DNA of 64,000 bases from an uncultured Acidobacteriota bacterium (GCA_963796275.1 CAWCKY010000001.1:96001-160000); one strand, 5' to 3'. Shown: positions 1-10,829, counted from the stretch's first letter. Notes: a model not told the origin generated them from the sequence alone. Program-made: numbers and translations.

Positions 1-172
1 CTCGACAACGAGACCGAGTTGCCGCTCTTCACACACTCGACGGATACGGCCGGCTCCATAATTATGTGGACAAATCGAGTTTTCACTGCTTTTTTCACCC
101 AACAATCGATGAGTATGGGGGAGCAACCTTACCCGATTACAGTCCTCATAGATTAGTGTTCAATGACGCTCC

Positions 173-878
173 TCATGATGCCTCTAATAGATTGACCTTA
201 ATTTCCTCATCCTCAAGCACAAATTCATAGAGTGTTTTGTGGGTGGGCTCAATGGAACGGTCTGGATGGTAGATCAAACCGCCTCCCGAAGGAATGCCGA
301 TTGCCGGGAAGCCGGACTTGGTTATTTTGAGAACCCAACGAATATCATGCCATTCATTTTTTTCAGTCATGAACACCGACGATGAATGGGACCAACCCGA
401 ATGTCCTTATCAGTAGATCCTCAGACTGTGCGCCTTCAGGCCAGGCATACAAACCGATTTGCATCGCTCCCGCTGAAACTCCAATCAGAACAGTTCCGTC
501 CCAATATCTATCTCCGATGAGTTCTCGCAATCCATTTTCTTCAAATACTCGCCACCCTCTCACTGCATCACCTCCGGCAAGCAAGATGATGTCCGCATCA
601 CTGAGGAAAGAAAAATCCTCATCGGTTGGAGAGAAAGGCACCATGCGACATTGATGGATTCCGATCATCTCCATCGCGGCTTCGAAGATGCTGTAATACT
701 CAGGATCGTCTGCATTCGATGCTCCGATGTATGCCGCTTTCGGTGAAGAGACATCTATCACATCTCTCACAGAGTTGAGAAACGGGGTGTCGCCTCTATG
801 CCAAAATAAGAGTTGGCTGTCGGCCAGGAGGAACAAAGGTTTGACTATAGAATCCACAATCTTCCCCTTATACTTCAT
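173..878 (-). pseudogene. Peptidase S51 (peptidase E/cyanophycinase-like, class I GATase fold), frameshifted near 365
   Basis: LAGGD and GVSAGA nucleophile-elbow motifs in ORF 363..1019; the frame continues as 173..376 (HD-EKNEW...IGIPSGGG). Confidence 0.7.
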
Positions 879-1211
879 AGACTTCTTTTTACAGTACTCT
901 ATAAATTTCGTTCGGTAAAATCCCGACCTGACATCCGGGATCGTCATTAACCGTCTCCTTCCGCTGAAAAAGGCAACATCTGCACGATAAAGATTTGTCG
1001 GTCTGAAGAGGTTAAACATGAAACTCTCCGAGTTCTTTCAACAGTTGTTCAATCCGATTCACCGTGCAACGATAACGTTCAACTTCCTTGTCCCAACCTC
1101 TCTGTTGCGCATCTTCGATCAGAGCAAGTTCCTGTTTGCGTCGCCGCCGTAAACGTGGCGCATATTCGGGAGTGGTCACGAACTTCGCGCAGCTCAGACT
1201 ATGCTACTGCG

Positions 1212-1528
1212 CTAGTTCAACCAGTAGCTGGGTTGATTAAAATACTGATCAAGCAACATCTCGTATTCGTGCGAAATCAGCTTGCAGCGGTCGTATTCGG
1301 GGCTTCGTTTCACTCTCTTACGCGAGAGATTGACATACACTTTGCCTTGCGCCCAATACATCGCGGTGAGACGAGCACTTTCTTGCCGGGCAACCATTTG
1401 CGCGTGTCAATCACCAGGTAGCGAATCACCCAACTGTCATCATCCAGGATGAAGTCTTCGACGTGGCTGATCTCGCCGTCCGTCGCGAGGATGTCAAAGC
1501 CTTTCAGGTCATTCATACTGCGTAACAT
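1212..1528 (-). pseudogene. PRC-barrel domain protein, frameshifted near 1330
   Basis: MLRSMNDLKGFDILATDGEISHVEDFILDDDSWVIRYLVIDTRKWLPGKKVLVSP, continuing in another frame as GKVYVNLSRKRVKRSPEYD...YFNQPSYW. Confidence 0.8.
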
Positions 1529-1663
1529 TATTGTTTCCCCTTCTGATTGAGACTTGTACGATAGTTGTTGCCATCGAAACTGGGAAGGCTGGGGTGGCAT
1601 CATAAACCCGACTCCGGCTTATATTTTGATATTTGAATGATAGGCTGATTCGGGAGGTGTGGC

Positions 1664-1679
1664 TGTCCAGTATTGGACA
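1664..1679. promoter_or_regulatory. Palindromic TGTCC-N6-GGACA box (putative Crp/Fnr-family site), copy 1
   Basis: TGTCCAGTATTGGACA; minus-strand TATCAT at 1642-1637, 21 bp away. Confidence 0.65.
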
Positions 1680-2170
1680 AGGTTGGAAAGCAGGATGGTG
1701 GGATTAGCAGGAATGTTTGGGGTTGGACAATTTTGAGTATCTGTACGCGCGCCAGGCGACCGGTCGCTCGATTCAGTTGCCGAGCCCGAGCTATCGATTG
1801 AGCCTCTACTGCAGAACGCAGCCGCGCGAGGGGATCTGAGCAAGGTAATCAGCGAGCTTCCGTAATCTGATCATCGCGGAACTCAATCAGGCGCTTCATT
1901 CAGCGACAACCAAACCCTTCGCCCAGGATAGCAATGCCTGTGCAAGCACAAGAAAGCCTAGAAATCAGCATGGCGGCAACACTCAGCGCGCATTAGGATG
2001 CGATGCCCTGCCCGGGGTTTTAATGCCTCGGACAGAGCATGATACGCATTGAGTCCAGTGATAGGAATGACGGTCCTGGAGCCGCACTAGGTTGCTCCTC
2101 CATATGCTTTGCAATAGTGGCGCCCCGCCCCGCTCGGTTACACAATAAACCGCGCTAATCAATAAGAAGT

Positions 2171-2593
2171 CTAACGAAACAGCTCGCGTGCGAGAGTTGA
2201 CACTGCCCTCATAACTGGCTCCACCATGGGGCTGCGGCGGCTGCGGCGGCTGCGCGACTCGCTGAAATTGCTTACCAGCAGCACGCCAACACCAATGCCG
2301 ACGCCGAAAGCGATCAATGACGTTTTGCCGGGGTTCTCGCGACCATAATTAATCGTCTTCTCGTATTGTTCGCTCAGACTCTTGTTTGCTTGATCGTAAA
2401 CTTCACCGGCCTTCTGCTTCATCTGATCTATCATCTCTGCGCCGCGACCCTCAACCTGGTCACGCACGGCTGTATAGGCATTGCTCACTTTGTCAGTTAC
2501 TGTTTGACTGCCATCGGAAGTGGCGGGAGCCGTCGATGTCGCTTCCCCGTTCAGTTTTACTGGTTGCCGTTGGTCCTGAATATTTGGTTTCAT
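2171..2593 (-). CDS. ElaB/YqjD/DUF883-like tail-anchored stress protein
   Basis: Hydrophilic helical N-terminus, then YGRENPGKTSLIAFGVGIGVGVLL transmembrane segment; AAGGAG RBS. Confidence 0.65.
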   Translation of the reverse strand: MKPNIQDQRQPVKLNGEATSTAPATSDGSQTVTDKVSNAYTAVRDQVEGRGAEMIDQMKQKAGEVYDQANKSLSEQYEKTINYGRENPGKTSLIAFGVGIGVGVLLVSNFSESRSRRSRRSPMVEPVMRAVSTLARELFR

Positions 2594-2995
2594 ATTGCGC
2601 TCCTTTTATTTGATAGTTTATTGCCTTAAAAGATAAGTTAAGCATTGCGTCGGCCATCTGATGTACCGCTTTTCTCTGTGCGTTCATTCTCATTCTCTCC
2701 ATCGCGCCTCTCCATTCTTGCCGGCTTATTTGCGGCGAAAAATCGCGCCGAGAATCAGCCCGATAGCGCTAGCCATAAGCAGGCTCTTGCCCAGATTGCG
2801 CCGCACTTGTTCGGCAGTGCCATCACTACTGTGCTTGTGGTAACCGTCTCTCCCCCAGACCAGTCACCCATTTGTAGCATGACCGGCAGTTCATAGCGCG
2901 CGGAGGCTCGCTCCTTGCGCCGGTAAATAGCATAGCCATGAACATTTTAATCCTACCTTTCCAATAAGAAGCAGGAGTGAGCAGGCGCTACCTGG

Positions 2996-3920
2996 CTATC
3001 GTCTGAGCCTCCACTGCTGGTTAGTCTGGCTGACATAATCCCACAGCTGGATATTCGCCCCGTTCTGGTTGCCCTGCCCGGCCACGTCGAGACACTTGCC
3101 GTTGTTCACGCTCACGATCCGGTAGTAATTGTCGCCAACCTGTTCCAATCGCCAGCGCTGTTGCGCGTTATCATTCCAGCTCCGCTGGATGATATTCGCC
3201 CCGTTATTATCACGGCCGCCCTCCACGGTGAGCGCCTTGCCGCTGTGCCGGCCGATGATGGCAACCTCACCGTTGCTGAGATCTATCACGTCCCAGTTTT
3301 GATTGGGCTGATTGCCATACTCCCACTGTTGAATGTTGGCCCCCTCTTGCGTACTTCCGCCGGCTACGTCCAGTCCCTTATTACTGCCCCGGTTCATGAT
3401 CGAGCCAGAGTAGCTTACGCGCCCGCTCGGCCGGCCGCCGTAGCCATCACCGCCATCACGACCATTGCCGCGATCATTGCCACCTTCGGACCAACCGCCT
3501 CTCCAAATCGTAGTTGATGCCAAACACATTGCGGTTGTTGGTTACTGCTTCGTAGGAGAAGTTCCTCGACCGCCTGTCGCGGTTGCGTGAATTGTCGTTC
3601 CGCGGGTTGTTGCGCCAATCGTTGTTCCGCGAGAAAGTGCCCGTGCCACGAACACGAACCTCCCGATTCGATTTGAATTCGGTTTTGGTATCGCTGTTAA
3701 AAAGCACAGTCGGATCGCGCCCGCCCTCTCGACTAGTGATCCGTTCCCTGACAGCCTGCTGAGCCCGATCAATCGCCCACTCTCTCGAACCCGTACGATC
3801 CTTCGAGCCTTGTGCCAAGACCCCATCCAGGCTTTCTCTTGCCAGGATAACCACCAGCAAGGTGAAAGCCGAAAATAATGTCCTGCGGCTCACTAATGCA
3901 CTAACTCTAATGTTTTTCAT
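2996..3920 (-). pseudogene. Secreted ricin-B (QxW) lectin domain protein, split by a frameshift near 3525
   Basis: Signal peptide in 3474..3920; three ricin subrepeats (GANIQQW...NQNW, AQQRW, KCLDV...NQQW) in 2996..3529. Confidence 0.75.
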
Positions 3921-3930
3921 GATACTTTCC

Positions 3931-3966
3931 TCAGTAGCTTCAGTAGCTTCAGTAGCTTCAGTAGCT
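3931..3966. repeat. 9-bp tandem repeat (TCAGTAGCT)x4
   Basis: Read directly; lies immediately upstream of the RBS of the lectin gene. Confidence 0.95.
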
Positions 3967-4052
3967 ACAGATTAACTTCGAACCAAGCCGCAAAGACCCG
4001 GCTTAGCCACACAATTGCAAAAATAAAGCCCGATTAGTTGCTAAGGTAATGG

Positions 4053-4465
4053 GGGGAGAGGGGATCACTACGCTACTGACTCATTCCTGGGAAGGAGTGG
4101 GATACTATCTTTGGGAGATTGGATCCCACTCCTGTACGGAGTTGCACCGCTTCCTACATCAGCCTCTGGATATCTCCAGCATCCTATTCCTCCATACATA
4201 TCCCTGCACTGCTTAATACCTTTGGTTAGCGCGTTCAAGAGCAGACACCTGACATGCCAATGGGGCGGTCGCGTGCTCGCCTAGATCGCCGCCCGACGCC
4301 TGCTGAACAAGTTGTAGATCAACACCATCGCCGCAATCACAAGCAGCGCGTGAATCAACGAACCGCCGACGCCGCCGACCACGCCCAACAACCACAGAAC
4401 AAGAAAAACTACGAAGATTGTCCAAAGCATACTTCACCTCCAAATTCAGGCTCTCGCCCGCATCC
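4053..4465. repeat. Diverged segmental duplication A (partner ~61192-61599)
   Basis: Colinear near-identical stretches, e.g. GGATCACTACGCTA..CTCATTCCTGGGAAGGAGTGGGATAC, CAGCCTCTGGATATCTCCAGCATCCTATTCCTCC. Confidence 0.9.
4281..4430 (-). CDS. lmo0937-family (DUF5670-like) 49-aa membrane protein
   Basis: Translated by hand: MLWTIFVVFLVLWLLGVVGGVGGSLIHALLVIAAMVLIYNLFSRRRAAI; GGAGG RBS; too short for the ORF track. Confidence 0.85.
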   Translation of the reverse strand: MLWTIFVVFLVLWLLGVVGGVGGSLIHALLVIAAMVLIYNLFSRRRAAI

Positions 4466-4541
4466 TCCGGGTCAAGTGCGATAATCCTTTACCTTGACCC
4501 CGGATGATATTTGAATGATAGGCTGACTCGGGAGGGAGGTC

Positions 4542-4557
4542 CGTTCAATATTGGACC
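4542..4557. promoter_or_regulatory. TGTCC-N6-GGACA box, copy 2 (degenerate)
   Basis: CGTTCAATATTGGACC; minus-strand TATCAT at 4520-4515. Confidence 0.55.
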
Positions 4558-4604
4558 AGGTTGAAAAGAATTATTGCTAGGTCCACAGACAGGCGCAGCC
4601 CGCG

Positions 4605-5183
4605 CTAGGCAATCTGGGCCAGGTTGGCAGTAAGCTTCTTTTCTTTGATAATGAGAATGTGAAATCCTCAGTTCGTTGCGGATTCTCTGCGGTTCCTCCA
4701 GCCGAGTTTGCGGGCCAGTCGCAGCAGTGTCTTGCCCAGTCGTTGTTTGTTATCAACCATCACCAGATTGGCGATGACCTGCTGTTGGTCGGCAATCCGC
4801 ACCGCCAGGTACTGCGCGAAGCCCTCAAACAGCGCGTCCTGGCTTAACCACGCAAAGAACTTGGAACAAGGTATCTGTTTTAAGACCGTTTCTTCCATGG
4901 CGGTCGCTGTTTCCAGACGTGAGCTTAACCCGGACAGGCACTGCTCGCCGAAAATATCTCCCGCCGTATGAATGGCCAGCAGGCACTCTCTGCCTTCAGG
5001 CGAGAGCATCAGCAGTTTGATCTGTCCACTTTCAATGAAGTAGACCATCTCGTCCTGGTCTCCACAAGTGTAGACGTGATCATGTTTCGCGATCGTAATG
5101 GCGCACGAATTGAGGTTCTCGTGCCGCAATGAATCGCGCAATTGTTGTTTGAACAGTTCAGCTTGAGGAATCTCTTGGATCAT
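4605..5183 (-). pseudogene. Crp/Fnr family regulator paralog with the HTH deleted
   Basis: Near-identical to 8560..9240 over the cNMP domain; after ELRISH the sequence jumps to LIIKEKKLTANLAQIA, losing EELSEMVGTTRPRVS...; also frameshifted. Confidence 0.85.
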
Positions 5184-5346
5184 GATCGTGTCTCCGCGCT
5201 ACTGCTCCTTACTTATCCGCTGTCAATTTAATACCTCCAACAAAACTCCGCAGCATTTCACTTCGAAGAGGTGGGAGAGCTTGATCGAACATCAGCGTTG
5301 GCGTGGCGCCCTCAATGACCTTGCCTCGCCTCGGTTGTGTCGGACT

Positions 5347-5820
5347 TTATACAACCCCTCCTGACTTCAAAATTAGCGGCGAACTGTCCCGCCCTCCGTT
5401 TTCCCGCTCGCGCAGCTCTTCCCTCAACGCTTTGGCTTTGCGCGCAAGCGCTTTAAGCCTCTCACGATCTATGCTTGTCATAGCTCCTCTCTGTTGTCCG
5501 TCAGGCGGCCCATTATGATTGGTTTTCGCGTTCGTCTCCTCTCCTTTAAGCAGTATTTCGGACTGATAGAGAGACTTTTCGCTTGCATCGGACTTACGCC
5601 TAGACATCAAGAAGCCGCCGCCTATACTTACTATCAGCACTAGTGCGATAGCCAGGAAAAACCACGCGCTGCCAGCCAGCATTGGAATGCTCAGGTCGTA
5701 TCCGCCGATAATAAGCAACATGAGTGGCCCGACCACTATCAGGATGAACATAATGAGAAAGCGGGGAAATGACCCAACAGAAGTTACCCTGAGTCTTCGT
5801 ATGCTATTTTGAATAGACAT
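5347..5820 (-). CDS. Hypothetical membrane protein (2 TM)
   Basis: AGGAGG RBS, two hydrophobic helices, charged C-terminal tail. Confidence 0.6.
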   Translation of the reverse strand: MSIQNSIRRLRVTSVGSFPRFLIMFILIVVGPLMLLIIGGYDLSIPMLAGSAWFFLAIALVLIVSIGGGFLMSRRKSDASEKSLYQSEILLKGEETNAKTNHNGPPDGQQRGAMTSIDRERLKALARKAKALREELRERENGGRDSSPLILKSGGVV

Positions 5821-5935
5821 TGATTCCTCCTTATCAGGTGAGCTTTTTTCGGATTGTCAGAGTGATTCCAGAGGAGCTGACGAAGTTGAGGTCCTGCCTC
5901 TCTTGCTGCAACTTAGAAGGTACTTTTCTTTCAAA

Positions 5936-6274
5936 TCACGGGGTGAAGCTGGAAACCGCCGCCGGCTCGGAGTCGAACGTCTCAAATATAGAGGTGAGCT
6001 TCGTAATGGCCAGCAGAGTTTGCAAACGATCACTCAGATGGAGCAGCTTCAGATTACCGCTCACGCCTTGCAAAGTCCTATAACAGGAGATGAGCTCACC
6101 CAGCCCACTGATGTCCATGTATGGAACTCTTGCAAAGTTGACGATCAGTTTACGGGTCCCGGCATCGATAGCGGCATTGACCTTTTTTCTGAACTGTACA
6201 TTTCCTTCCAGAGCGAGGTTGCCATCGAGATCCAGAACTGTGATATCGTTTAGCGCGCGCTCGTTGATTTTCAT
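5936..6274 (-). CDS. STAS-domain anti-sigma factor antagonist
   Basis: LDLDGNL...VNFARVPYMDISGLGELIS...LKLLHLSDR...ITKL; typical RsbV/SpoIIAA pattern. Confidence 0.9.
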   Translation of the reverse strand: MKINERALNDITVLDLDGNLALEGNVQFRKKVNAAIDAGTRKLIVNFARVPYMDISGLGELISCYRTLQGVSGNLKLLHLSDRLQTLLAITKLTSIFETFDSEPAAVSSFTP

Positions 6275-6365
6275 CTCTATTCCTTAGTTTCACTCTACAG
6301 CTTTGCGCGAAGAGTAGTACCAAAGTGTAATCGGGAAAGCCCACACTGCAACGGGCGCAGTGACC

Positions 6366-7040
6366 TTATTCTTCGTCAACACATCTTTTGGCCGTCACGC
6401 CTTCGCCATACACGTCTCGCATATCATCTTTGTCCGGCTTAATAACCACGCCCTCGAGTTCAAGCCCAGCAAAAAGCCCTTTGCTGCGCGAGTAGGAGAG
6501 TATCTGCGCATTGAGCTTCAGGTCAGTCGCAGCCCCGGCCTGCCGACCGATCGGTCCGGCAGCCACTGAAATGTCTCTACCCATTGTGAACTGGTCTGAC
6601 AGAAGACTGTTCAACCCATCCTTATTCATGAAGAGCATCACAAAATCCGTTGATTGGGCGCCAGCCTGAGGATCGAAGCCGCTGCCACCCAAATTGAAAA
6701 AGGCCGGGGCGCTCCAAGCCTTCGCCGTGCGGCAACTAACCACACCGCGACCTCCACGTCCGCCAAAAACACCCCCTGCATTGAAGAACGAAGGGAAGAC
6801 CGCGACACACGCAGCGCCATCCAATAAATTTAGGGGAATCGATTTGTCTGCCATGTCCATAATCTCACGAAAGACGTGTGCCGCCTTTCCTGATTGCTTG
6901 GTCCCATCCTGGAGATTGTTCTCGACCTGCCCCCGCGCTACTGTGCTCACAGCCAGCGCCAAGCAAAATACTCCTACCATGTGCCTGATGCCAGCCGCTG
7001 ACCAGCGATCAAAACCTGAGTTTTCGGAGAATCTCATCAT
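6366..7040 (-). CDS. Lipid-binding SYLF/Ysc84 domain secreted protein (3' end possibly frameshifted)
   Basis: Signal peptide; GGRGGRGVVSCR, WSAPAF, AAGPIGR, SYSRSKGLFAG motifs. Confidence 0.85.
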   Translation of the reverse strand: MMRFSENSGFDRWSAAGIRHMVGVFCLALAVSTVARGQVENNLQDGTKQSGKAAHVFREIMDMADKSIPLNLLDGAACVAVFPSFFNAGGVFGGRGGRGVVSCRTAKAWSAPAFFNLGGSGFDPQAGAQSTDFVMLFMNKDGLNSLLSDQFTMGRDISVAAGPIGRQAGAATDLKLNAQILSYSRSKGLFAGLELEGVVIKPDKDDMRDVYGEGVTAKRCVDEE

Positions 7041-7725
7041 TATTGCTTCTCTCCTCGTCTGTTGCCCGAAGCAGTTCCCGGTAAACCTGATTAGTTGTTG
7101 CCGCCTCTTGCTTGAGGTCTTCTAAATGACCTTGGAGCTGGTCGTCTAGAGGGCAGATGATTTGAATCTGGTTATCTTTCACAATTGGCGATTGTAATGA
7201 GTATGTCTGCTCGCCGTGTTTTTCCCACACTCGATTGAAGGTCTCGATCCAGAGTCCGCTGGGACTGCTTGAGAGACTAAACGCAATAATGAATTGGTCT
7301 TTACCTTCTTTGTTGTTGCCTTCTCTGCGCGGTAATCTGGATATGCTATTGCCAACGATGGTGACGTCAGTGAAATGGGTTTCGGCCATTTTTTTGCCTT
7401 TCAAGAGATTGCGGGTGGAGCTGTAGTTAGATGGGAGCTCAGATACTGTATAACATTGATTATCAGCTACTTTCAGCATCTCAGGCTGAGCCTCGAACCG
7501 ATCCAATTCTTCTCGCTTGAAATTGAGCTTGAATCGAGCCCGCTCTAACTTCCCAGCAGCTCCAAAACCGAAATACTCACCTAGCTTCCGAATAAGAGCG
7601 GAAGAACGGAGATTCCTTTGCTCTAACTCGGCAAGTTGAGCTGCTAGAACTGCAACTTCCTCTTTTAGTTCTTCGCTCCTCCGGTGGAACCACGGAGGGT
7701 CTTGTTCAATCTTTGCGTTGGGCAC
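7009..7725 (-). CDS. Hypothetical protein (coiled-coil N-terminus)
   Basis: 238-aa ORF with AAGGAG RBS; 5' part duplicated at ~61677-61773. Confidence 0.5.
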   Translation of the reverse strand: MPNAKIEQDPPWFHRRSEELKEEVAVLAAQLAELEQRNLRSSALIRKLGEYFGFGAAGKLERARFKLNFKREELDRFEAQPEMLKVADNQCYTVSELPSNYSSTRNLLKGKKMAETHFTDVTIVGNSISRLPRREGNNKEGKDQFIIAFSLSSSPSGLWIETFNRVWEKHGEQTYSLQSPIVKDNQIQIICPLDDQLQGHLEDLKQEAATTNQVYRELLRATDEERSNNDEILRKLRF

Positions 7726-7789
7726 GTATCACGCTCCTTTTAAATTCTTAAATTCCACACTGATGATCGGCCAGCCCGGAATAAATTGC

Positions 7790-7805
7790 TGTCCAATATT
7801 GGACG
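7790..7805. promoter_or_regulatory. TGTCC-N6-GGACA box, copy 3
   Basis: TGTCCAATATTGGACG; minus-strand GATCAT at 7768-7763. Confidence 0.6.
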
Positions 7806-7855
7806 ATCTAAAAGAAAGTCGGTACACCCGATGCCGGCTATTCGTGGGTTTGCGG

Positions 7856-8335
7856 CTATTTATGAACGACAGTGGCCAAGGTTCGTGCTGTGTGTTCGGT
7901 GATGCTCGGCTTCGCTTCAAGATGACTTGCGGATGCCAATCCAGCCGGCTCCGGTTGTGGCGGTATCGCCGGTTGGGAGAGAGAAGTGCGATGATATCTC
8001 TTTGCCTGCCACATAGGGGGAAGCACTCCATAAGCCGCTATCAGGGTTCCGGCCAGTGATAACAGAACACTGACCAGGACAATCCAATTATGATGGAAGA
8101 ACATTCTATCCATGACCAGCAAGGCCATACCGATGATGAAGGAGACAATTCCTGAGAACAGCAGTGTAGGCATTCGGTGTAACTTACCTGCATCGCTCTC
8201 AACCGGCGGCAGAGTGGGATCAGTCGTGGAGAGATGTTTAGCAACCAGCTGAGAAATCACCTGCAACTCCATGCCACAAGATCGGCAGAAATTTTGCTTC
8301 GCTGAAGCCTTTGTTCCACAAGCAGGACAATGCAT
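7856..8335 (-). CDS. Zinc-ribbon domain membrane protein
   Basis: MHCPACG...NFCRSCG, two TM helices, C-terminal PSITEHTARTL motif. Confidence 0.85.
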   Translation of the reverse strand: MHCPACGTKASAKQNFCRSCGMELQVISQLVAKHLSTTDPTLPPVESDAGKLHRMPTLLFSGIVSFIIGMALLVMDRMFFHHNWIVLVSVLLSLAGTLIAAYGVLPPMWQAKRYHRTSLSQPAIPPQPEPAGLASASHLEAKPSITEHTARTLATVVHK

Positions 8336-8500
8336 GATGATCTCCCAAACTCATTCACATAATAAGGAGCGCGAAAAGCGCGATGAGACCCGTAAAGATC
8401 AGGCTAAGCGGAAAAGCTCCGATGCGTGTTTTCATAAAAGAGCCCGCACTTTTTGAATATGCCGCGTGTGATAAGAATCGGCTGGCCCGAGATAAACTGT

Positions 8501-8516
8501 TGTTCAGTATTGGACA
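8501..8516. promoter_or_regulatory. TGTCC-N6-GGACA box, copy 4
   Basis: TGTTCAGTATTGGACA; minus-strand GATTCT at 8479-8474. Confidence 0.55.
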
Positions 8517-8559
8517 AGGTTGATAATAAATATTGTGAGGTCGACAGACAGGCACAGCA

Positions 8560-9240
8560 CTAGGCGATCCGAGCCAGGTAAGCAGTGAGCTTCTTTTCCT
8601 TGATAATGAGAAAGTGCTCGGCGTTCGTCTCAATCAGTCCAAGGTTCCGAAATCGCTGCATAAACACGCTGACCCGCGGCCGCGTCGTGCCCACCATCTC
8701 CGACAGTTCTTCGTGCGAAATCTTCAGCTCGATGCGGATGCTCCGCGGGTCTTTCTTGCCGAGTTTGCGTGCCAGTTGCAGTAGCGTCTTGCCCAGTCGT
8801 TGTTCGCTATCAACCATCACCAGGTTGGCGATGACCTGCTGTTGGTCGGCAATCCGCACCGCCAGGTATTGCACGAAGCCCTCAAACAGCGCGTCACGGC
8901 TCAACCGTGCAAAGAACTTGGAACAAGGGACTTGTTTTAAAACCGTTTCTTCCATCGCGGTCGCTGTTTCCAGCCGTGTGCCTAACCCGGACAGGCACAG
9001 CTCGCCGAAAATATCTCCCGCCGTGTGAATGGCCAGCAGGCACTCTCTACCTTCAGGCGAGAGCATCAGCAGTTTGATCTGCCCGCTTTCAATGAAGTAG
9101 ACCATCTCGTCTTGCCCACCACACGTATAGACGTGATCGTGTTTCGCGATCGTAATAGCGCGCGAATTGAGGTTCTCGTTCACCAGCGAATCGCGCAATC
9201 GTTGTTTGAACCGTTCAGCTTGAGGGGTCTCTTGAATCAT
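8560..9240 (-). CDS. Crp/Fnr family transcriptional regulator (intact)
   Basis: cNMP-binding domain (VYFIESGQIKL, GDIFGE, RLETATA) plus HTH ISHEELSEMVGTTRPRVS; AAGGAG RBS before 9240. Confidence 0.92.
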   Translation of the reverse strand: MIQETPQAERFKQRLRDSLVNENLNSRAITIAKHDHVYTCGGQDEMVYFIESGQIKLLMLSPEGRECLLAIHTAGDIFGELCLSGLGTRLETATAMEETVLKQVPCSKFFARLSRDALFEGFVQYLAVRIADQQQVIANLVMVDSEQRLGKTLLQLARKLGKKDPRSIRIELKISHEELSEMVGTTRPRVSVFMQRFRNLGLIETNAEHFLIIKEKKLTAYLARIA

Positions 9241-9799
9241 GATTGTCTCTCCTTTCGATGCCCATGGTGATGAAGGCGTCGGCCTAATATCCAGGAGAGG
9301 AAGCTTCATCGATTCTCCTTGGCCGGTGCCGCACGAATGCTCGCGCAAGCGGTTCATTGCAGTTTCAGGTAGTTGATTATAAAAAAGTGGGGAGTGTATC
9401 GAGTGAGACAATGTAGGAATGCGCCAGTGCGTGTGCCGTGGGTGCAATACAACTATCAGGCAGATACACAGGTCGGCCCCTACGTTGTCACCTTCATCCT
9501 ACTTGATTGGTCCGGTACCCCCAGTGAAGATGTCTGGTTGACCTTCTCCGCTCTCAACTCAAGATTGGGGGATATTTAAGAAGCTAACGATATTATGTAA
9601 AACACCATAATAAGTGCCGCCAGGATATCCGTCTGTGTGCTGACTCGCTTATAGCCTGACTATTTTTAATGAGGCGCGGGAGAGATTCGAAGGCGGCGCT
9701 CCGGATGAGCGATGGTCACATCAGGCCGGCCACGGACACAGCTTGCCAGTTTGCCAATGGCGATGAGCGTCAGCTTCCGGATTCTATATGTATGCAAGC

Positions 9800-10610
9800 G
9801 GTTCTGGTGCAAATGTTCGAGAGAAGGCAGACTGAGCCTATTTCAACTTCTCCTTACGCGGCAAGCACTGCTTCCCATACTTGCAGGATCATGGCCCCCG
9901 GGCCGGTGATCTCCGATGTGTCGAACTGTCCTTTTTTGATTTTGTTTGCCAACTCGATTCCGCTTAATGTTACTTCCGCATTCCCGAATGTCTTAAACCC
10001 AAGCATCGGATAACACTCTGTTTCACCCTCCGATGATCCTGCTCGATCATGTTATTCAAGTACTTGTTGGTCCGGACGAGCGTTTGAGCGGGCAATACGC
10101 CTTCGGCCTTCAATTCGGCGACGGCTTGATGGGACGCTCTGACTGCCGTCGAGGGTGATCTTCTCCGGGACCTCATTATTACCGATCGCTTTCTTGAAGA
10201 AGCGTACGGCGGCCGCTTGATCCCGATTCTTACTCAGCAGGAAATCGACCGTCTGGCCTTGCTTATCGAACGCGCGGTAGAGATAGCGCCATTGACCCTT
10301 CACTTTGAGATAGGTTTCATCGACTCTCCAGGATGAGCCGACGGGACGCGCATAGTTCTTCCATTTTTTCTCGAAGACGGGAACGAAGCATTGGACCCAT
10401 CGCAAAACGGTGGTATGCACGACCGTGACGCCGCGCTCCGCCATCAGATCGCACACGTCGCGATAACTCAGTTTGTAAGTGACATACCATCGCACGGCCT
10501 GAATGATCAGAAGATGATTGAAATGGCGGCCTTTGAAGAGGGCGGGCTTCTCAGAAGGGAGTTGGGTCATGCCGACGATTATCCATAATTATCGGGTTTG
10601 CACCAGAACC
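9800..10610 (-). mobile_element. IS6-family insertion sequence (811 bp)
   Basis: Perfect 14-bp terminal IRs GGTTCTGGTGCAAA / TTTGCACCAGAACC around an IS6 transposase. Confidence 0.92.
9854..10570 (-). pseudogene. IS6 DDE transposase, frameshifted
   Basis: FKGRHF, WRVDETYLKVKGQWRYLYRA, KYLNNMIEQDHRRVK spread over several frames. Confidence 0.88.
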
Positions 10611-10665
10611 ATCGAAGTTATAGCTCGAGGCCGGTGTGATCGGAGGGGGCAGATGTGTCGCAGAG

Positions 10666-10829
10666 GTTGTGCGTGCTAATCGGTCATTTTTCTACACATT
10701 TCGTTGTCCCGTTACATCATCTAGTAAGCATAATACTCTGTGTGAATATTCATATGGCCGACGGTCATTTTTCCCGGTAAGAGAAGGATGGGATTTGTCG
10801 GTCTGTGAAAGCAGAGATATCATTAAGTT
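10666..10829. repeat. ~160-bp non-coding direct repeat, copy 1 (partner 14769-14929)
   Basis: Shared GTTGTGCGTG...GATGGGATTTGTCGGTCTGTGAAAGCAGAGATATCATT. Confidence 0.85.

Larger units (their letters stand above)
7628..8540. repeat. Diverged segmental duplication B (partner ~61677-62588)
   Basis: Colinear high identity across the zinc-ribbon gene and flanking intergenic DNA. Confidence 0.9.

Noticed and set aside
8560-9447. 295-aa extended Crp start
   Set aside because: The RBS and the paralog at 5183 support a start at 9240
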